Notes: generated by a model from the letters alone, not told the origin. DNA of 64,000 nucleotides from an uncultured Actinomycetota bacterium (GCA_963839715.1 CAWIVX010000006.1:305616-369615), one strand, 5' to 3'. Positions 46,969-59,757 are shown, counted from the stretch's first letter. Numbers and translations: made by a program.

Positions 46969-47494
46969 GACCGTCTCGGTCCGCCGCGTCCGGATGAGTG
47001 AGGCGTCGCGAGTGCGGAGCATCCGCCTCGAAGCCCTGGGAGATCCGGCCGCCGGCATCGCGTTCCTCGAGACCAGGCAGGAGGCCGAGGCGCGACCGGA
47101 GTCGTTCTGGCAGGAGCGCGCGGCGGGGGTGGCTCTCAGCGAGTCGACCGCACAGTTCGTCGCCGAGGCGGGCCGGGACTGGGTGGGCACGCTCAGCGTG
47201 CTGAGGCCCCACCCGGGCTCCAGGGACTACTTCGGCCGCCCTGCGCGTGCCGGACGGGCCCTGGTGGTCGCGGTGTACGTCCGCCCCTCGCACCGCGGGC
47301 GAGGCACTCTGGAAGCCCTCGTGGACGCCGCGGCCGACTGGACGCGCGATGCCGGCGAGAGGGAGCTCCAGCTCGACGTGCATGCTGACAATGCCCGTGC
47401 GCAGCGCGCGTACACCAGGCTGGGATTCGTGCCCACGGGTCACACCTCCGAGGGCCCGAACGGGGCGGAGCTCGAGATGGTCCTCGTGCTGTGA
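46961..47494 (+). CDS. GNAT acetyltransferase
   Basis: VYVRPSHRGRG motif A and N.RA...Y.RLGF. Confidence 0.88.
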   Translation: MTETVSVRRVRMSEASRVRSIRLEALGDPAAGIAFLETRQEAEARPESFWQERAAGVALSESTAQFVAEAGRDWVGTLSVLRPHPGSRDYFGRPARAGRALVVAVYVRPSHRGRGTLEALVDAAADWTRDAGERELQLDVHADNARAQRAYTRLGFVPTGHTSEGPNGAELEMVLVL

Positions 47495-48163
47495 TCGCGA
47501 CCGCGACCGACGTCCGGGCGGCGCTGCACGCGGCGGCATCCGACCGCGAGCGGCTGAAGATCCGCACGCGGGTGCCCGACGAAGCCACGGGCGTGATCGG
47601 GGTCCGGATGGGCACCGTCTTCGACATCGCCAAGACGAGCACCGATCTGCCGCTGCCGGAGGTGGAGCGACTTCTCGTCTCGGATGTCTACGAGGAGCGG
47701 ATGGTCGCCGTCAGCATCCTCGACTTCAAGGCGCGCAGGCGCGGCGTCGACCGGGACGCACTCTACGACCTGTGGATGCGGCGGATCGACCTCATCGACA
47801 CGTGGGACTACATCGACCGGGCGGCGCCGCGCGTGATCGGCTGGTACCTGCTCGACAAGCCCCGCGATGTGCTGTTCGATCTTGCACGATCCGAGAACCG
47901 CTGGCACCGTCGGACGGCGATCACCGCCGCGTTCTGGATCATCCGGGCGCGGTGACCTGGACGACCCGCTCGCGCTCTGCGAGATCCTCGCCGACGACCC
48001 GGAGCACCTCGTTCAGACGAACGTGGGCGTCGCCCTGAGGGAGATCGGGCGCATCGACCGCGGACGGCTGGAGGAGTTCCTCGCCCGGCGCGGAGCGGAG
48101 CTGTCGGCGCCACGCGCGACGGACGGCGCGCACCGCACTCTGAGCGGTGACGAGCCGAAGTAG
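47491..48163 (+). CDS. AlkD-like DNA alkylation repair protein; apparent frameshifts near 47950 and the 3' end
   Basis: GVRMG, YEER, IDTWD..D, W.RR.A, VGVALREIG. Confidence 0.8.
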
Positions 48164-48175
48164 GCTGGATGCCGA

Positions 48176-48248
48176 GGGCCTCTAGCTCAGTCGGTAGAGC
48201 ATCGGACTTTTAATCCGCGGGTCGTGGGTTCGAGCCCCACGGGGCCCA
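48176..48248 (+). tRNA. tRNA-Lys (anticodon TTT)
   Basis: GGGCCTC/GGGGCCC acceptor, CGGA-CTTTTAA-TCCG arm, GGTTCGAGCCC T-arm. -10 TAGGCT at 48161-48166. Confidence 0.97.
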
Positions 48249-48254
48249 CGCAGA

Positions 48255-48288
48255 GCGGGAGGGCGTCACCGAAGTGACGCCCTCCCGC
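48255..48288. terminator. 15-bp perfect hairpin after tRNA-Lys
   Basis: GCGGGAGGGCGTCAC-CGAA-GTGACGCCCTCCCGC. Confidence 0.7.
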
Positions 48289-48419
48289 CTGGGAGCTGCC
48301 CGACCCTCGACGCCACCTCGCAGGCGTCGCAGGTCGGACCGCTTCCTCTGGGGCTGAGCCCCAGACCCCCTGCATGCTCACGCATGCCCCCCAGGGACCC
48401 GGCCGAAGCCGGGAGTCTG

Positions 48420-49085
48420 TCAGCTCGCCGGCGGCATCAGCACCGTGTCGATGAGGTACACGGTCGCGTTGGCGGTCTGGACGCCACCGCAGATGACGGC
48501 GGCCTGGCCGTTGACGACGATCGCGTCACCGCTGCCGGTGACCTCGAGGTCGGCGCCGTTGACCGTGGTGTGCATGCCTTCGATGTCGTCGGGCACGATC
48601 TGACCGGGCACCACGTGGTACGTGAGGATCGAGGTCAGCAGAGCGCTGTCGGTCTTCAGGACCTCGATCGTGCCGGCGTCGATCTTCGCGAACGCGTCGT
48701 CCACCGGGGCGAAGACCGTGAACTCGTCACCGTTCAGCGTGTCGACCAGGTCGACGCTCGGGTTCAGCTCCCCCGAGACCGCGGCGGTCAGCGTGGTGAG
48801 GATCGGGTTGTTCGAGGCGGCGACTGCCACCGGGTCCTGCGCCATTCCGGCGACGGAGCCGGCGCCATCCGGCACAGCCTCGGCGTAGCCGGCGCAGCCG
48901 GCGCCCACGAGGTTGGCGGCCGGGTCCATCTCGGCCTCGGGAGCCATCGTCTCCTCCGCGGCGGGCGGAGCGGCGGTCTCTTCGGCGGCCGTGTCGGTTC
49001 CGCTCGACATGGGCGAACATGCGCTCAGGGCGATCGCGGCGGCGAAAGCGAGGGGACCGAGCAGGTACAGCTTCTTGCGGGACAT
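48420..49085 (-). CDS. Fasciclin-domain lipoprotein (MPT83/MPT70-like)
   Basis: Lipobox [47 protein letters not shown]. Confidence 0.93.
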   Translation of the reverse strand: MSRKKLYLLGPLAFAAAIALSACSPMSSGTDTAAEETAAPPAAEETMAPEAEMDPAANLVGAGCAGYAEAVPDGAGSVAGMAQDPVAVAASNNPILTTLTAAVSGELNPSVDLVDTLNGDEFTVFAPVDDAFAKIDAGTIEVLKTDSALLTSILTYHVVPGQIVPDDIEGMHTTVNGADLEVTGSGDAIVVNGQAAVICGGVQTANATVYLIDTVLMPPAS

Positions 49086-49169
49086 CTTGTCCTCCTAGGT
49101 TTCGCGACGCCGGTGCGGTGCCGCAGGTCCAGTGGTGCTGTGGCCACGTGAAGCGGCCTACACGGGGTC

Positions 49170-49195
49170 TTCGGTGCGGTCGCCTGATCGGATGG
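49170..49195 (-). promoter_or_regulatory. SigK-type promoter of the fasciclin gene
   Basis: Minus strand CCATCC-N15-CCGAA, matching the mycobacterial SigK consensus. Confidence 0.8.
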
Positions 49196-49279
49196 GACAT
49201 TGTCCGAATCGGGGTCAGCCCGATCTCCCCGCCTCGCGTCGTGCGCGGGCGCGCGCGTGTGTTAAGGCATGCTGGGGGA

Positions 49280-49871
49280 GTGGTGATCGATGGCGTGGAC
49301 GTGCCCCCGGGCGGCGCCGACGCCATCGACCATGCCGGCGACCTGCTCGTGCGCGTCGCGAACGGCGATCAGGATGCCTTCGCGCCAGCTCTACGACATG
49401 CTCTCGCCGCGCGCCTTCGGCCTCATCCTCCGCGTCCTCGTCGATCGATCGCAGAGCGAAGAGGTGCTGCAGGAGGTCTTCCTGGAGATCTGGCAATCCG
49501 CGTCGCGGTTCGCTCCGAACAAGGGTCAGGGAAGATCGTGGGTACTCACGATCGCACATCGCCGGGCAGTGGACCGCGTGCGGTCCGCTCAGGCGAGCAC
49601 CGATCGGGACGTCAAAGCGGGCTTCCGTGACATCGGCGTCGCGCACGACGGCGTCGCCGAGGAAGTGGAACTGCGGATCGAAGGGCAGCGCGTCTCCGAG
49701 GCGCTCTCGACCCTTCCCGACCCGCAGCGCGAGGCCATCACCCTCGCGTACTTCGGAGGTTACAGTCAGAGCGAGATCGCGGCGCTGGTGGGGGCGCCTC
49801 TGGGAACGATCAAGACGAGGATGCGGGACGGGCTGTCCCGGCTTCGAGTGGAGATGGGGGTGACATCATGA
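49280..49871 (+). CDS. sigK: ECF sigma factor SigK; apparent frameshift near 49380
   Basis: EEVLQEVFLEIW..A.RF, W..TIAHRRAVDRVRS, LAYFGG.S..E, GTIKTRMRDGL. Flanked by fasciclin and anti-sigma genes. Confidence 0.88.
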
Positions 49872-50645
49872 ACGAGCAGGAATTCGCCGAGCTGGCGGCC
49901 GGACACGCTCTGGGAGCCCTGTCGCCCGATGACAGCAGAGCCTTCGCGGACGCACGTCGACAGCATCCGGAATGGGAGCACCACGTGACAGCGGATGCCG
50001 CAACAGCGGCCGTGCTGGCCGAGGGCGTCGCCGAGGTCGCTCCGCCCGCGCGCATCCGAGATGCTCTGCTCGCCCAGATCTCCTCGTCGCCGCGTCGCTC
50101 TGGAACCGGCGGAGGATGCCGAAGCGCCCACCCTGCGCTCCGACCGCCGCTCCGAGACCCGTGCTTCCGAGGCGCCGAGCCGACGGCGCTGGGGCGCGCG
50201 CTCGTGGTTCGCGCTGGCCGCCTCGCTTGCTCTCCTGGTCGGCGTCGGGTGGGGTGCGGTGTTCGTCAGCGAGCAGCTCAACCCTCCGGCATCCGTCGTC
50301 GCGCTCGACCAGATCGAATCCGCGCCGGACGCGCAATCGGAGACCGCGACACTCGCCGACGGCGGCGAGGTCACCGCGCACTGGTCGGAGTCGCTCGGCA
50401 AGGCCGTGCTCGTCTCGGACGGGCTGCCGGAGATCGCCGATGAAGAGGCCTTCCAGCTGTGGTTCGTCCGCGACGGCACCGCCGTCTCGGCCGGAACCTT
50501 CACCGCCGATGAGGGCAGCACGACCGCCCTGCTCGACGGTGCTCTCGAGCCCGGCGACATCATCGCCGTGACGGTGGAGCCGGCCGGCGGGTCGCCGACC
50601 GGCGCTCCCACGTCGGAGCCGATCGTCGCGATCGAGACTGCCTGA
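49868..50645 (+). CDS. rskA: Anti-sigma K factor RskA; apparent frameshift near 50080
   Basis: LAAGHALGAL, PP..IRD.LL, TM helix, FQLW, AVTVEPAGGSP..PTSEP. Confidence 0.88.
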
Positions 50646-50705
50646 GCCGTCCCCAGAGCGCACGATGTCAGGCTCGCTGCGAGGATCCGCGGGTAGCCTG
50701 GTAGG

Positions 50706-51344
50706 GTGAGCGACGATTCGAGGGAGTTCCACAAGCCCGTGCGGCGCCCGGCCGAACTCTTCGATCGGCGCTTCGCGGCGGAAGACCCTGCCGAAGTCTC
50801 ACGGGTCGCGCACTCGACGGCTCAGGCGCTGCTGGCGCGGGCCCGCAGCGACCCGGACGGAGCGATCGTCGATCGGCTCGTGGCGTTCACCTACGAGCAC
50901 GGCATCGACGACATCGCCGAGCTGTGGTCGCGCTCGCCGGCGCGCTCGCTGCCCGGCGCGCTCTGGCGGCTGTACCTGATCCAGCTCATGATCCACGACG
51001 ATCCGCATACGGCGGCGCTGCTCTACGAGCGCGGCAGGGTGCAGATCACCTCCGCTGACCCGGTCGTCGCTGGAGCCCCCACCCCGGCCGGCCCGGAAGA
51101 GCTCGTCGAGCTCATCGACACGATCCTGCGCGGGCTGTTCCAGGGTGACTTCGCCGTCGCGCTCGATCGGGCGGCCGCGTTCTGCCGGGTGCAGGCATCC
51201 GGAGCCAGTCACCTCGCCGACGACTACGAGGCGACCGAGCCCGAGCGGGCCTCGGTCCTGACGACCCGTGCACTGCGGCTGGCCGATTACGCGACCGACC
51301 TCGCCGGCTGCGCTGCGCTGTGGCGTCGCGATTCGCTGACCTGA
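50706..51344 (+). CDS. Conserved all-alpha hypothetical protein
   Basis: Clean 212-aa ORF with ELW...PARSLPGALWRLY and GDFAVALDRAAAF. -10 TAGCCT 6 nt upstream. No catalytic motif recognised. Confidence 0.8.
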   Translation: MSDDSREFHKPVRRPAELFDRRFAAEDPAEVSRVAHSTAQALLARARSDPDGAIVDRLVAFTYEHGIDDIAELWSRSPARSLPGALWRLYLIQLMIHDDPHTAALLYERGRVQITSADPVVAGAPTPAGPEELVELIDTILRGLFQGDFAVALDRAAAFCRVQASGASHLADDYEATEPERASVLTTRALRLADYATDLAGCAALWRRDSLT

Positions 51345-51346
51345 GT

Positions 51347-51424
51347 GCCGGGCCGCAGAACGCCTCTCGGCGCGGAGCCGCTCGCAGCGGCAGAAGATGG
51401 AGCCCGGGGTTACTGCGGCCCGGC
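51347..51424 (-). ncRNA. Candidate 78-nt structured small RNA (family not recognised)
   Basis: 12-bp closing stem, two internal hairpins (one with GAGA tetraloop), -10 TACACT 6 nt upstream on the minus strand. Confidence 0.6.
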
Positions 51425-51485
51425 TGTTCCAGTGTAACCGAGGCTCCGGCGTGGGCATTCCCGTCGCGTAGGTAGGCTCGCATCC

Positions 51486-52370
51486 ATGGCCTGGCGCTTC
51501 GCTCTCATGATCGACCCCGCGACATCCGACGATCCCGGTCCTGACTTCTCCGCGACCTTCACGGCTGTCGACCCGACGGCGCCTGCCCTCAGCGTCGGCG
51601 AGCTCAGCACGCAGCGCGGCGACGGCATCTTCGAGTCCATCGGCGTGGTCGACGGCCACGCCCAGGAAGTGCGGCCCCACCTCGACCGCCTCGCACACTC
51701 CGCGGAGATCTGCGACCTGCCCGTGCCGAACCGGCGCCAGTGGCAGCAGGCGATCGGTCTGGCGGCGGAGCACTGCGAACCGGGCGAGAGCGTGATCAAG
51801 CTCATCCTGAGCCGCGGCGTGGAGCATGGTCCTGCGCCCACGGCCTGGGTGACTGCGGCGCCGGCCGCCGACTTCTCTCAGGTGCGCCGCGACGGCGTCC
51901 GGATCGTCACGCTCGATCGCGGCTATGACAGCGGAGTGCCGGTGCGCGCGCCGTGGCTGCTGCTCGGGGCGAAGACCCTCTCGTACGCCGTGAACATGGC
52001 GGCGATCCGCGAGGCCAAGCGACGGGGGGCCGACGACGCGATCTTCGTGTCGTCGGACGGCATCGTGCTCGAGGCGCCGACCGCCTCGGTCATCCTTCGC
52101 ATCGGCGACGAGTTCGTCACGCCCGCGCCCAACGGCGGCATCCTGCAGGGGACCACGCAGCTGAGCGCTTTCGCCTGGCTGGAGGAGCAGGGGCTGCGGA
52201 CCGCCTATCGCGATCTTCCGGCGTCAGAGCTCTTCACGGCGGATGCCGGGTGGCTCGTGTCGTCGGTGCGGCTGGCGGCCCCGATCACCGAGATCGACGG
52301 CGTCCCGATTCCGCGCGACCCGGAGTTCACCGCGCGCCTGAACGCCTACCTGCTCAGCCCGCGGGACTGA
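51486..52370 (+). CDS. Class IV PLP enzyme (aminodeoxychorismate lyase-like)
   Basis: RGDGIFES, HLDRL..SA, AKTLSYA.NMAA.R, EAPTA, ILQGTT. Confidence 0.9.
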   Translation: MAWRFALMIDPATSDDPGPDFSATFTAVDPTAPALSVGELSTQRGDGIFESIGVVDGHAQEVRPHLDRLAHSAEICDLPVPNRRQWQQAIGLAAEHCEPGESVIKLILSRGVEHGPAPTAWVTAAPAADFSQVRRDGVRIVTLDRGYDSGVPVRAPWLLLGAKTLSYAVNMAAIREAKRRGADDAIFVSSDGIVLEAPTASVILRIGDEFVTPAPNGGILQGTTQLSAFAWLEEQGLRTAYRDLPASELFTADAGWLVSSVRLAAPITEIDGVPIPRDPEFTARLNAYLLSPRD

Positions 52371-52392
52371 CTGCCTACCGGGCGCCGGAGAC

Positions 52393-53172
52393 CTATCCGA
52401 AGCGGCCGGAGACGTAGTCCTCGGTCGCCTGCACGGTCGGGGTCGTGAAGATCGAGCGGGTGTCGTCGTACTCGATGAGCTTGCCGGGCTTGCCGGTGCC
52501 GGCGATGTTGAAGAACGCCGTGCGATCCGACACGCGGGAGGCCTGCTGCATGTTGTGCGTCACGATCACGATCGTGTACTCGTTCTTCAGCTCGCCGATC
52601 AGCTCCTCGATCGCGTAGGTCGAGATCGGGTCGAGCGCCGAGCACGGCTCGTCCATCAGCAGGACCTCCGGCGACACGGCGATCGCGCGCGCGATGCAGA
52701 GGCGCTGCTGCTGCCCGCCCGACAGGCCCGAGCCGGGCTTGTCGAGGCGGTCCTTGACCTCGTTCCACAGGTTCGCACCCGTGAGCGACTTCTCCACGAG
52801 GGCGTCGGCATCCGACCTGGAGATGCGCTTGTTGTTGAGCTTGACGCCGGCCAGCACGTTCTCCTTGATCGACATCGTCGGGAACGGGTTCGGGCGCTGG
52901 AAGACCATGCCGACCTGGCGGCGCACCAGCACGGGGTCGACCGTGGGTCCGTAGAGGTTGTCGCCGTCCAGCAGCACCTCGCCCTCGACGCGGGCCTTGG
53001 GGATGACCTCGTGCATGCGGTTGAGCGTGCGCAGGAACGTCGACTTGCCGCAGCCGGAGGGGCCGATGAACGCGGTCACGCTGCGCGGCTCGATCGACAG
53101 CGAGACGCCCTCGACGGCGAGGAATTCGCCGTAGTAGACGTTCAGATCGTTGACTTCGATGCTCTTCGACAC
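52393..53172 (-). CDS. pstB: Phosphate ABC transporter ATPase
   Basis: [39 protein letters not shown]. Confidence 0.97.
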   Translation of the reverse strand: MSKSIEVNDLNVYYGEFLAVEGVSLSIEPRSVTAFIGPSGCGKSTFLRTLNRMHEVIPKARVEGEVLLDGDNLYGPTVDPVLVRRQVGMVFQRPNPFPTMSIKENVLAGVKLNNKRISRSDADALVEKSLTGANLWNEVKDRLDKPGSGLSGGQQQRLCIARAIAVSPEVLLMDEPCSALDPISTYAIEELIGELKNEYTIVIVTHNMQQASRVSDRTAFFNIAGTGKPGKLIEYDDTRSIFTTPTVQATEDYVSGRFG

Positions 53173-53209
53173 TTCGTTCCTCTGAGATTCGGGTTCGGGT
53201 GAGGCTGCG

Positions 53210-54316
53210 TCAGCGGCCGATCTTGGGCGCGAAGATCTTCGCGACGAGGCGGGCGATGAGGTTGAGCACCATCACGATGACGATCAGCACGAACGCCGCG
53301 GCCCACGCGCGGTCGATGTACGCCTGCGCGGGGATGCCCTGGTTCATGTACTGCGAGTACGCGAAGACCGGCAGCGTCATCATGCGGCCCTCGAACAGGT
53401 TGTAGTTCATGGATGCCGTCACGCCGGCGGTGAGCAGCAGCGGAGCCGTCTCGCCGATGACGCGGGAGATCGACAGCATGATGCCCGTGGTGATGCCGGC
53501 GATCGACGTGGGCAGCACGACCTTGACGATCGTGAGCCACTTGGGCACACCCAGGGCGAAGGCCGCTTCGCGGAGCTCGTTGGGCACCAGGCGCAGCATC
53601 TCCTCGCTGGAGCGCACGACGACCGGGATCATCAGCACGGCCAGGGCGACCGAGCCCATGAAACCCATCCGGATGCCGGGACCGAGGAAGAGCGCGAACA
53701 GCGCGTAGGCGAACAGGCCGGCGACGATCGACGGGATGCCGGTCATGACGTCGACGAGGAACGTGATGCCCTGCGCGAGGCGCTTGCCGGCGCCGTACTC
53801 GACGAGGTAGATGGCCGTGAACAGGCCGATCGGGATGGAGATCACGGCCGCTGCGAGGGTGATGAGCAGCGTGCCGATGATCGCGTGCAGAGCGCCGCCG
53901 CCCTCGCCGACGACGTTGCGCATCGAGGAGGTGAAGAACTCGGCCGACAGGCCCGCGATGCCGTTGACCAGCACCGTCCACGCGACCGAGACGAGCGGCA
54001 CCATCGCCACGAGGAAGGCGGAGGCCACGATGCCGGTGACGAGGCGGTCGACGCCCTTGCGGCTGCCCTCCACGACGCTGGAGATCACCGTGATGAGCAC
54101 GAGATAGGCGAGCGCGGTGACGATGGCGAAGCCAGCGATGCTGAAGCCGGTGCCGGAGGCGACCGCCATGATGCCGAAGAAGACGAGGCTGACGGCGGCG
54201 CTGCCGCCGAGCACCGCCCACGGCGCCCACTTGGGCAGCCGCCCGCTGGTCAGGCGCACCGGTGCCGGGACCGGCGAAGCCGGGGGAGCACTGGGGGGAG
54301 CAGTCGTGATCGTCAT
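53210..54316 (-). CDS. pstA: Phosphate ABC permease PstA
   Basis: [34 protein letters not shown]. Confidence 0.95.
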   Translation of the reverse strand: MTITTAPPSAPPASPVPAPVRLTSGRLPKWAPWAVLGGSAAVSLVFFGIMAVASGTGFSIAGFAIVTALAYLVLITVISSVVEGSRKGVDRLVTGIVASAFLVAMVPLVSVAWTVLVNGIAGLSAEFFTSSMRNVVGEGGGALHAIIGTLLITLAAAVISIPIGLFTAIYLVEYGAGKRLAQGITFLVDVMTGIPSIVAGLFAYALFALFLGPGIRMGFMGSVALAVLMIPVVVRSSEEMLRLVPNELREAAFALGVPKWLTIVKVVLPTSIAGITTGIMLSISRVIGETAPLLLTAGVTASMNYNLFEGRMMTLPVFAYSQYMNQGIPAQAYIDRAWAAAFVLIVIVMVLNLIARLVAKIFAPKIGR

Positions 54317-54317
54317 G

Positions 54318-55261
54318 TCAGTTGGCTCCCGAGAATTCCTTGCGGCGGCTGACGATCCAGCGTGCCAGCGCGTTGACCGCGAACGTGACGATGAAGAGGA
54401 TGAGGCCGGTCGCGATCAGCACATTGATGTTCGTCCCGTACGCCTCGGGGAACGTCAGGGCGATGTTCGCCGGGATCGTGCTGGGGTTGGTCGAAGTGAA
54501 CAGCTGGAAGGTGATGACGCCGCTCGCGGAGAGGACGAGGGCGACGGCCATCGTCTCGCCGAGCGCGCGGCCCAGCCCCAGCATGGCCGCCGAGACGATT
54601 CCGCTGCGGCCGAACGGGAAGACCGCCATCCGGATCATCTCCCACCGCGTGGCGCCGAGGGCGAGAGCGGCTTCCTCGTGCAGGACCGGGGTCTGGAGGA
54701 AGATCTCGCGGCAGATGGCGGTGATGATCGGCACGACCATGACGGCGAGCACGATCGCAGCGGTGAAGATCGTGCGGCCGGTGGCGGACACCTCGCCGGC
54801 GAACAGCGGGAACCATCCCATGTTCTCGGTGAACCAGGCGTACACCGGCTGCACCGCCGGTGCCAGCACCAGGATGCCCCAGAGGCCGAACACCACGGAG
54901 GGCACGGCGGCCAGCAGGTCGACGATGTAGCCGAGTCCCTGGGCCAGACGGCGCGGTGCGTAGTGCGAGATGAAGAGCGCGACGGCCACGCTGAGCGGGA
55001 CCGCCATGAGCAGGGCGAGGAGCGAAGCCCAGATCGTGCCGAACGCGAGGGGCCAGACGTAGTCCCAGAAGTTCGTCGTGAGGATGGAGGCTTCTTCGCT
55101 GGTGGCGCTGAGTCCTGGGATGGACTGGATGATCAGGAAGATCGCCACCGCGGCGAGGGTGACCAGGATCATCGACCCGCCGCCAGGGCCGTGCCTGAGA
55201 ACCAGCGGTCGCCGGGCCGCTGCTTGGCCTTGGGGGCCGGGGGAGCGGTGGTGGTGGTCAT
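54318..55261 (-). CDS. pstC: Phosphate ABC permease PstC; apparent frameshift near 55185
   Basis: LLAAVPSVVFGLWG, EAALALGATRWE, LGRALGETMAV. Confidence 0.94.
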
Positions 55262-55296
55262 CTCATCCTGTCGGGTCGTGCGGATGTCTTATGGGG

Positions 55297-55332
55297 AGGC
55301 GCCCGGCCCGCGAACCCGCGGGCCGGGCGCCT
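55297..55332 (-). terminator. 16-bp GC hairpin between pstS and pstC (stabiliser or partial terminator)
   Basis: AGGCGCCCGGCCCGCG-AACC-CGCGGGCCGGGCGCCT. Confidence 0.7.
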
Positions 55333-55337
55333 GAGCG

Positions 55338-56441
55338 CTACGGGACGACGATCAGATCGATCGCGGCCTGCATGGCGTCACGCTGAGCGTCGGAGATCGG
55401 CGCGCTGCCGGCGGCCTCGGCCGAGGCCTGCTGGCCTTCCTCGCTGATCGCGTAGTTCAGGAAGCCCTTCACGAGCGGGGCCAGAGCCTCATCGGCGTAC
55501 TCCTCGCACGCGATGCTGTAGGCGACCAGCACGATCGGGTAGGCGGCCTCGTCCGGGGTGCGGTCCAGGGCGACCGAGAGGTCACCCTCGGTGCGGCCCT
55601 CTTCGCGCGGCGACGCGTCGACGATCGCGGCGGCGGCTTCGGGGGAGAACGTCACGAACTCCTCGCCGACCTGCACGGCCACGGTGCCGAAGCCCTCGGC
55701 GCGCGAGGCGTCGGCGTAGCCGATCGTTCCCTCACCGCCCTCGACGGCCGAGACGACGCCCGAGGTGCCCTGCGCGGCCTCACCGGACTGCAGCGGCCAT
55801 TCGCCATCGGCCTCGTAGGTCCAGACCTCGGGTGCGGCCTGAGCCAGGTAGTCGGTGAAGTTCTCGGTCGTGCCCGAGTCGTCGGCGCGGTGCACCGGCG
55901 TGATGGCCAGGTCGGGCAGCGTCGCATCCGCGTTCAGCGCGGCGATCGCCGGGTCGTTCCAGTTCGTGATCGTGCCGGCGAAGATGCCTGCGACGGTCGC
56001 GGCATCCAGGTTCAGCGAGTCGATGCCCTCGAGGTTGAAGATGACCGCGATCGGGGAGATGTAGGCCGGGAGCTGGATGATCCCGGTGCCCGTGACGCAG
56101 CCGTCGAAGGGGCCTTCGGCGATCTCGTCGGAGGTGAAGGCACGGTCGGATCCGGCGTAGGGCACCGCGCCCGCCTGGAACGACTCGCGGCCCGCGCCGG
56201 AGCCGGCGGGGTCGTAGGTGACCGTGACGTCGGGATTGAGGGTCTGGAACCCGGCAGCCCAAGCCTGGACGCCGACCTCCTGCGCGGAGGAGCCGATGCC
56301 GGCGAGCTCGCCGGAGAGGCTGGCCTCATCCGGCGCGGCGGTCTCGCCGGAGGTGCCACCTTCATTTGAGGCGCATGCGGTGAGTGCGAGGGCCGCGATC
56401 GCGCCGATGGCGCCGATCTTGGCAATGCGGGTGAGCTTCAC
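55338..56441 (-). CDS. pstS: Phosphate-binding lipoprotein PstS
   Basis: Lipobox LTAC, GSSAQ, GSGAG, AGSD, R.DDSGTT, YPI. Confidence 0.95.
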   Translation of the reverse strand: MKLTRIAKIGAIGAIAALALTACASNEGGTSGETAAPDEASLSGELAGIGSSAQEVGVQAWAAGFQTLNPDVTVTYDPAGSGAGRESFQAGAVPYAGSDRAFTSDEIAEGPFDGCVTGTGIIQLPAYISPIAVIFNLEGIDSLNLDAATVAGIFAGTITNWNDPAIAALNADATLPDLAITPVHRADDSGTTENFTDYLAQAAPEVWTYEADGEWPLQSGEAAQGTSGVVSAVEGGEGTIGYADASRAEGFGTVAVQVGEEFVTFSPEAAAAIVDASPREEGRTEGDLSVALDRTPDEAAYPIVLVAYSIACEEYADEALAPLVKGFLNYAISEEGQQASAEAAGSAPISDAQRDAMQAAIDLIVVP

Positions 56442-56530
56442 TGTGGATCCTTCACGATTGTCGGGTTGCATGCCCGGTGCGGGGCACGCACCGACCGTAG
56501 GGACCGACTCTTAAGAGAGTGGGCGACGAC

Positions 56531-56548
56531 GGTGAACGGAAGGTGAAC
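56531..56548 (-). promoter_or_regulatory. PHO box (PhoP/RegX3-type direct repeats)
   Basis: GTTCACC twice, 11 bp apart, upstream of -10 TACGGT (56494-56499) of pstS. Confidence 0.8.
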
Positions 56549-56584
56549 GCGGCCGGGCAGATGCGCCTGTGCCGGCGGCTCGCG

Positions 56585-57521
56585 TCAGCGTTTCGGAGCG
56601 TGCGTCTCGATCGCGACGATGCCCGATCCGGGGTTGTCCGATGACAGGTGCACGACGGAGAACGCGCCCGTCTCGAGCGCGGACGCGCTGCCGAGGTAGG
56701 AGCCGCGGAGTGTCCCTGTCGCCAGGGCGATCTCGGCGAGGATCTCGGGCAGCACGGGGCCGTGGCTGCACAGCACGGCGGGCTTTCGCGCGCTCACCCG
56801 ATCGCCGACGACCGTGCGGGCATCGGACTGCCCTTCCTCCCAGGCGTCCTGGCTGATGAGCGGCGATCTGTCGATCTTCCGTCCGAGCGCCGATGAGAGC
56901 GGGGCCACGGTCTTGACGCAGCGCGTGGCCGGGCTGGAGATGATCTTGCGGACCCCGAAGGCCAGCAGGGGACCCGACGATCGCGTTGGCCTGCTTCTTG
57001 CCGCGCGGGGACAGCGGCCGCGCGGAGTCCTTGCCGTTCCAGTCCTCGCGCCCGACCGCCTTGCCGTGGCGGAGGGCGATGATCGGGAAACGTGCGCAGC
57101 ACGCCCTCGTCGACGAGACGGGTGAAAGTCTCGATGATCTCCACGTCGACGGGATAGCTCAGACGCGACGTCGCCTTCTTGAGGGGCACCCACTCGAGCG
57201 CGGCGATCTCCTTGTTGGGCACGAAGGCCGAGGCGCGGATCGCGGCGTCCGTCGCCTCCGCCGCCCAGTAGTGCACGATCTTCTGCCGCTTGTTCGGCAT
57301 GTGATACCGGGAGACGCCGACGGGCACGCCGAGGCTCACGCGGATGCCGGTCTCCTCGAAGACCTCCCGAGCAGCCGTCTCGGCGAGCATCTCGCCCGGG
57401 TCGACCTTGCCCTTGGGAAGCGTGACGTCGCGATAGCGGGTGCGGTGGATGAGCAGCACGAGGATCTTCTCCTCGACGATGCGCCAGAGCACGCCGCCCG
57501 CCGCGTAGACGGCGGTCTCGG

Positions 57522-57525
<4 letters not shown>
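56585..57525 (-). CDS. NUDIX + histidine-phosphatase fusion (MutT1-like); apparent frameshifts near 57090 and 56972
   Basis: [17 protein letters not shown]...AARE..EETG, LRHGKA, SSP..RC, CSHG. Confidence 0.85.
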
Positions 57526-59688
<2,163 letters not shown>

Positions 59689-59757
59689 CCCCTCATCATT
59701 GCAGGGTGAAGTGACGTGCGTGTGAACGCATCCGCCGCAGCGATCCGGCGGGCCGGG

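Noticed and set aside
44768-48175. Possible genomic island between tRNA-Thr and tRNA-Lys
   Set aside because: No integrase, no duplicated tRNA 3' end, no compositional shift, and the genes are ordinary.
50706-51344. Calling this ORF an RNA polymerase beta subunit (a label I recall on similar proteins)
   Set aside because: Only 212 aa and no RpoB motifs.
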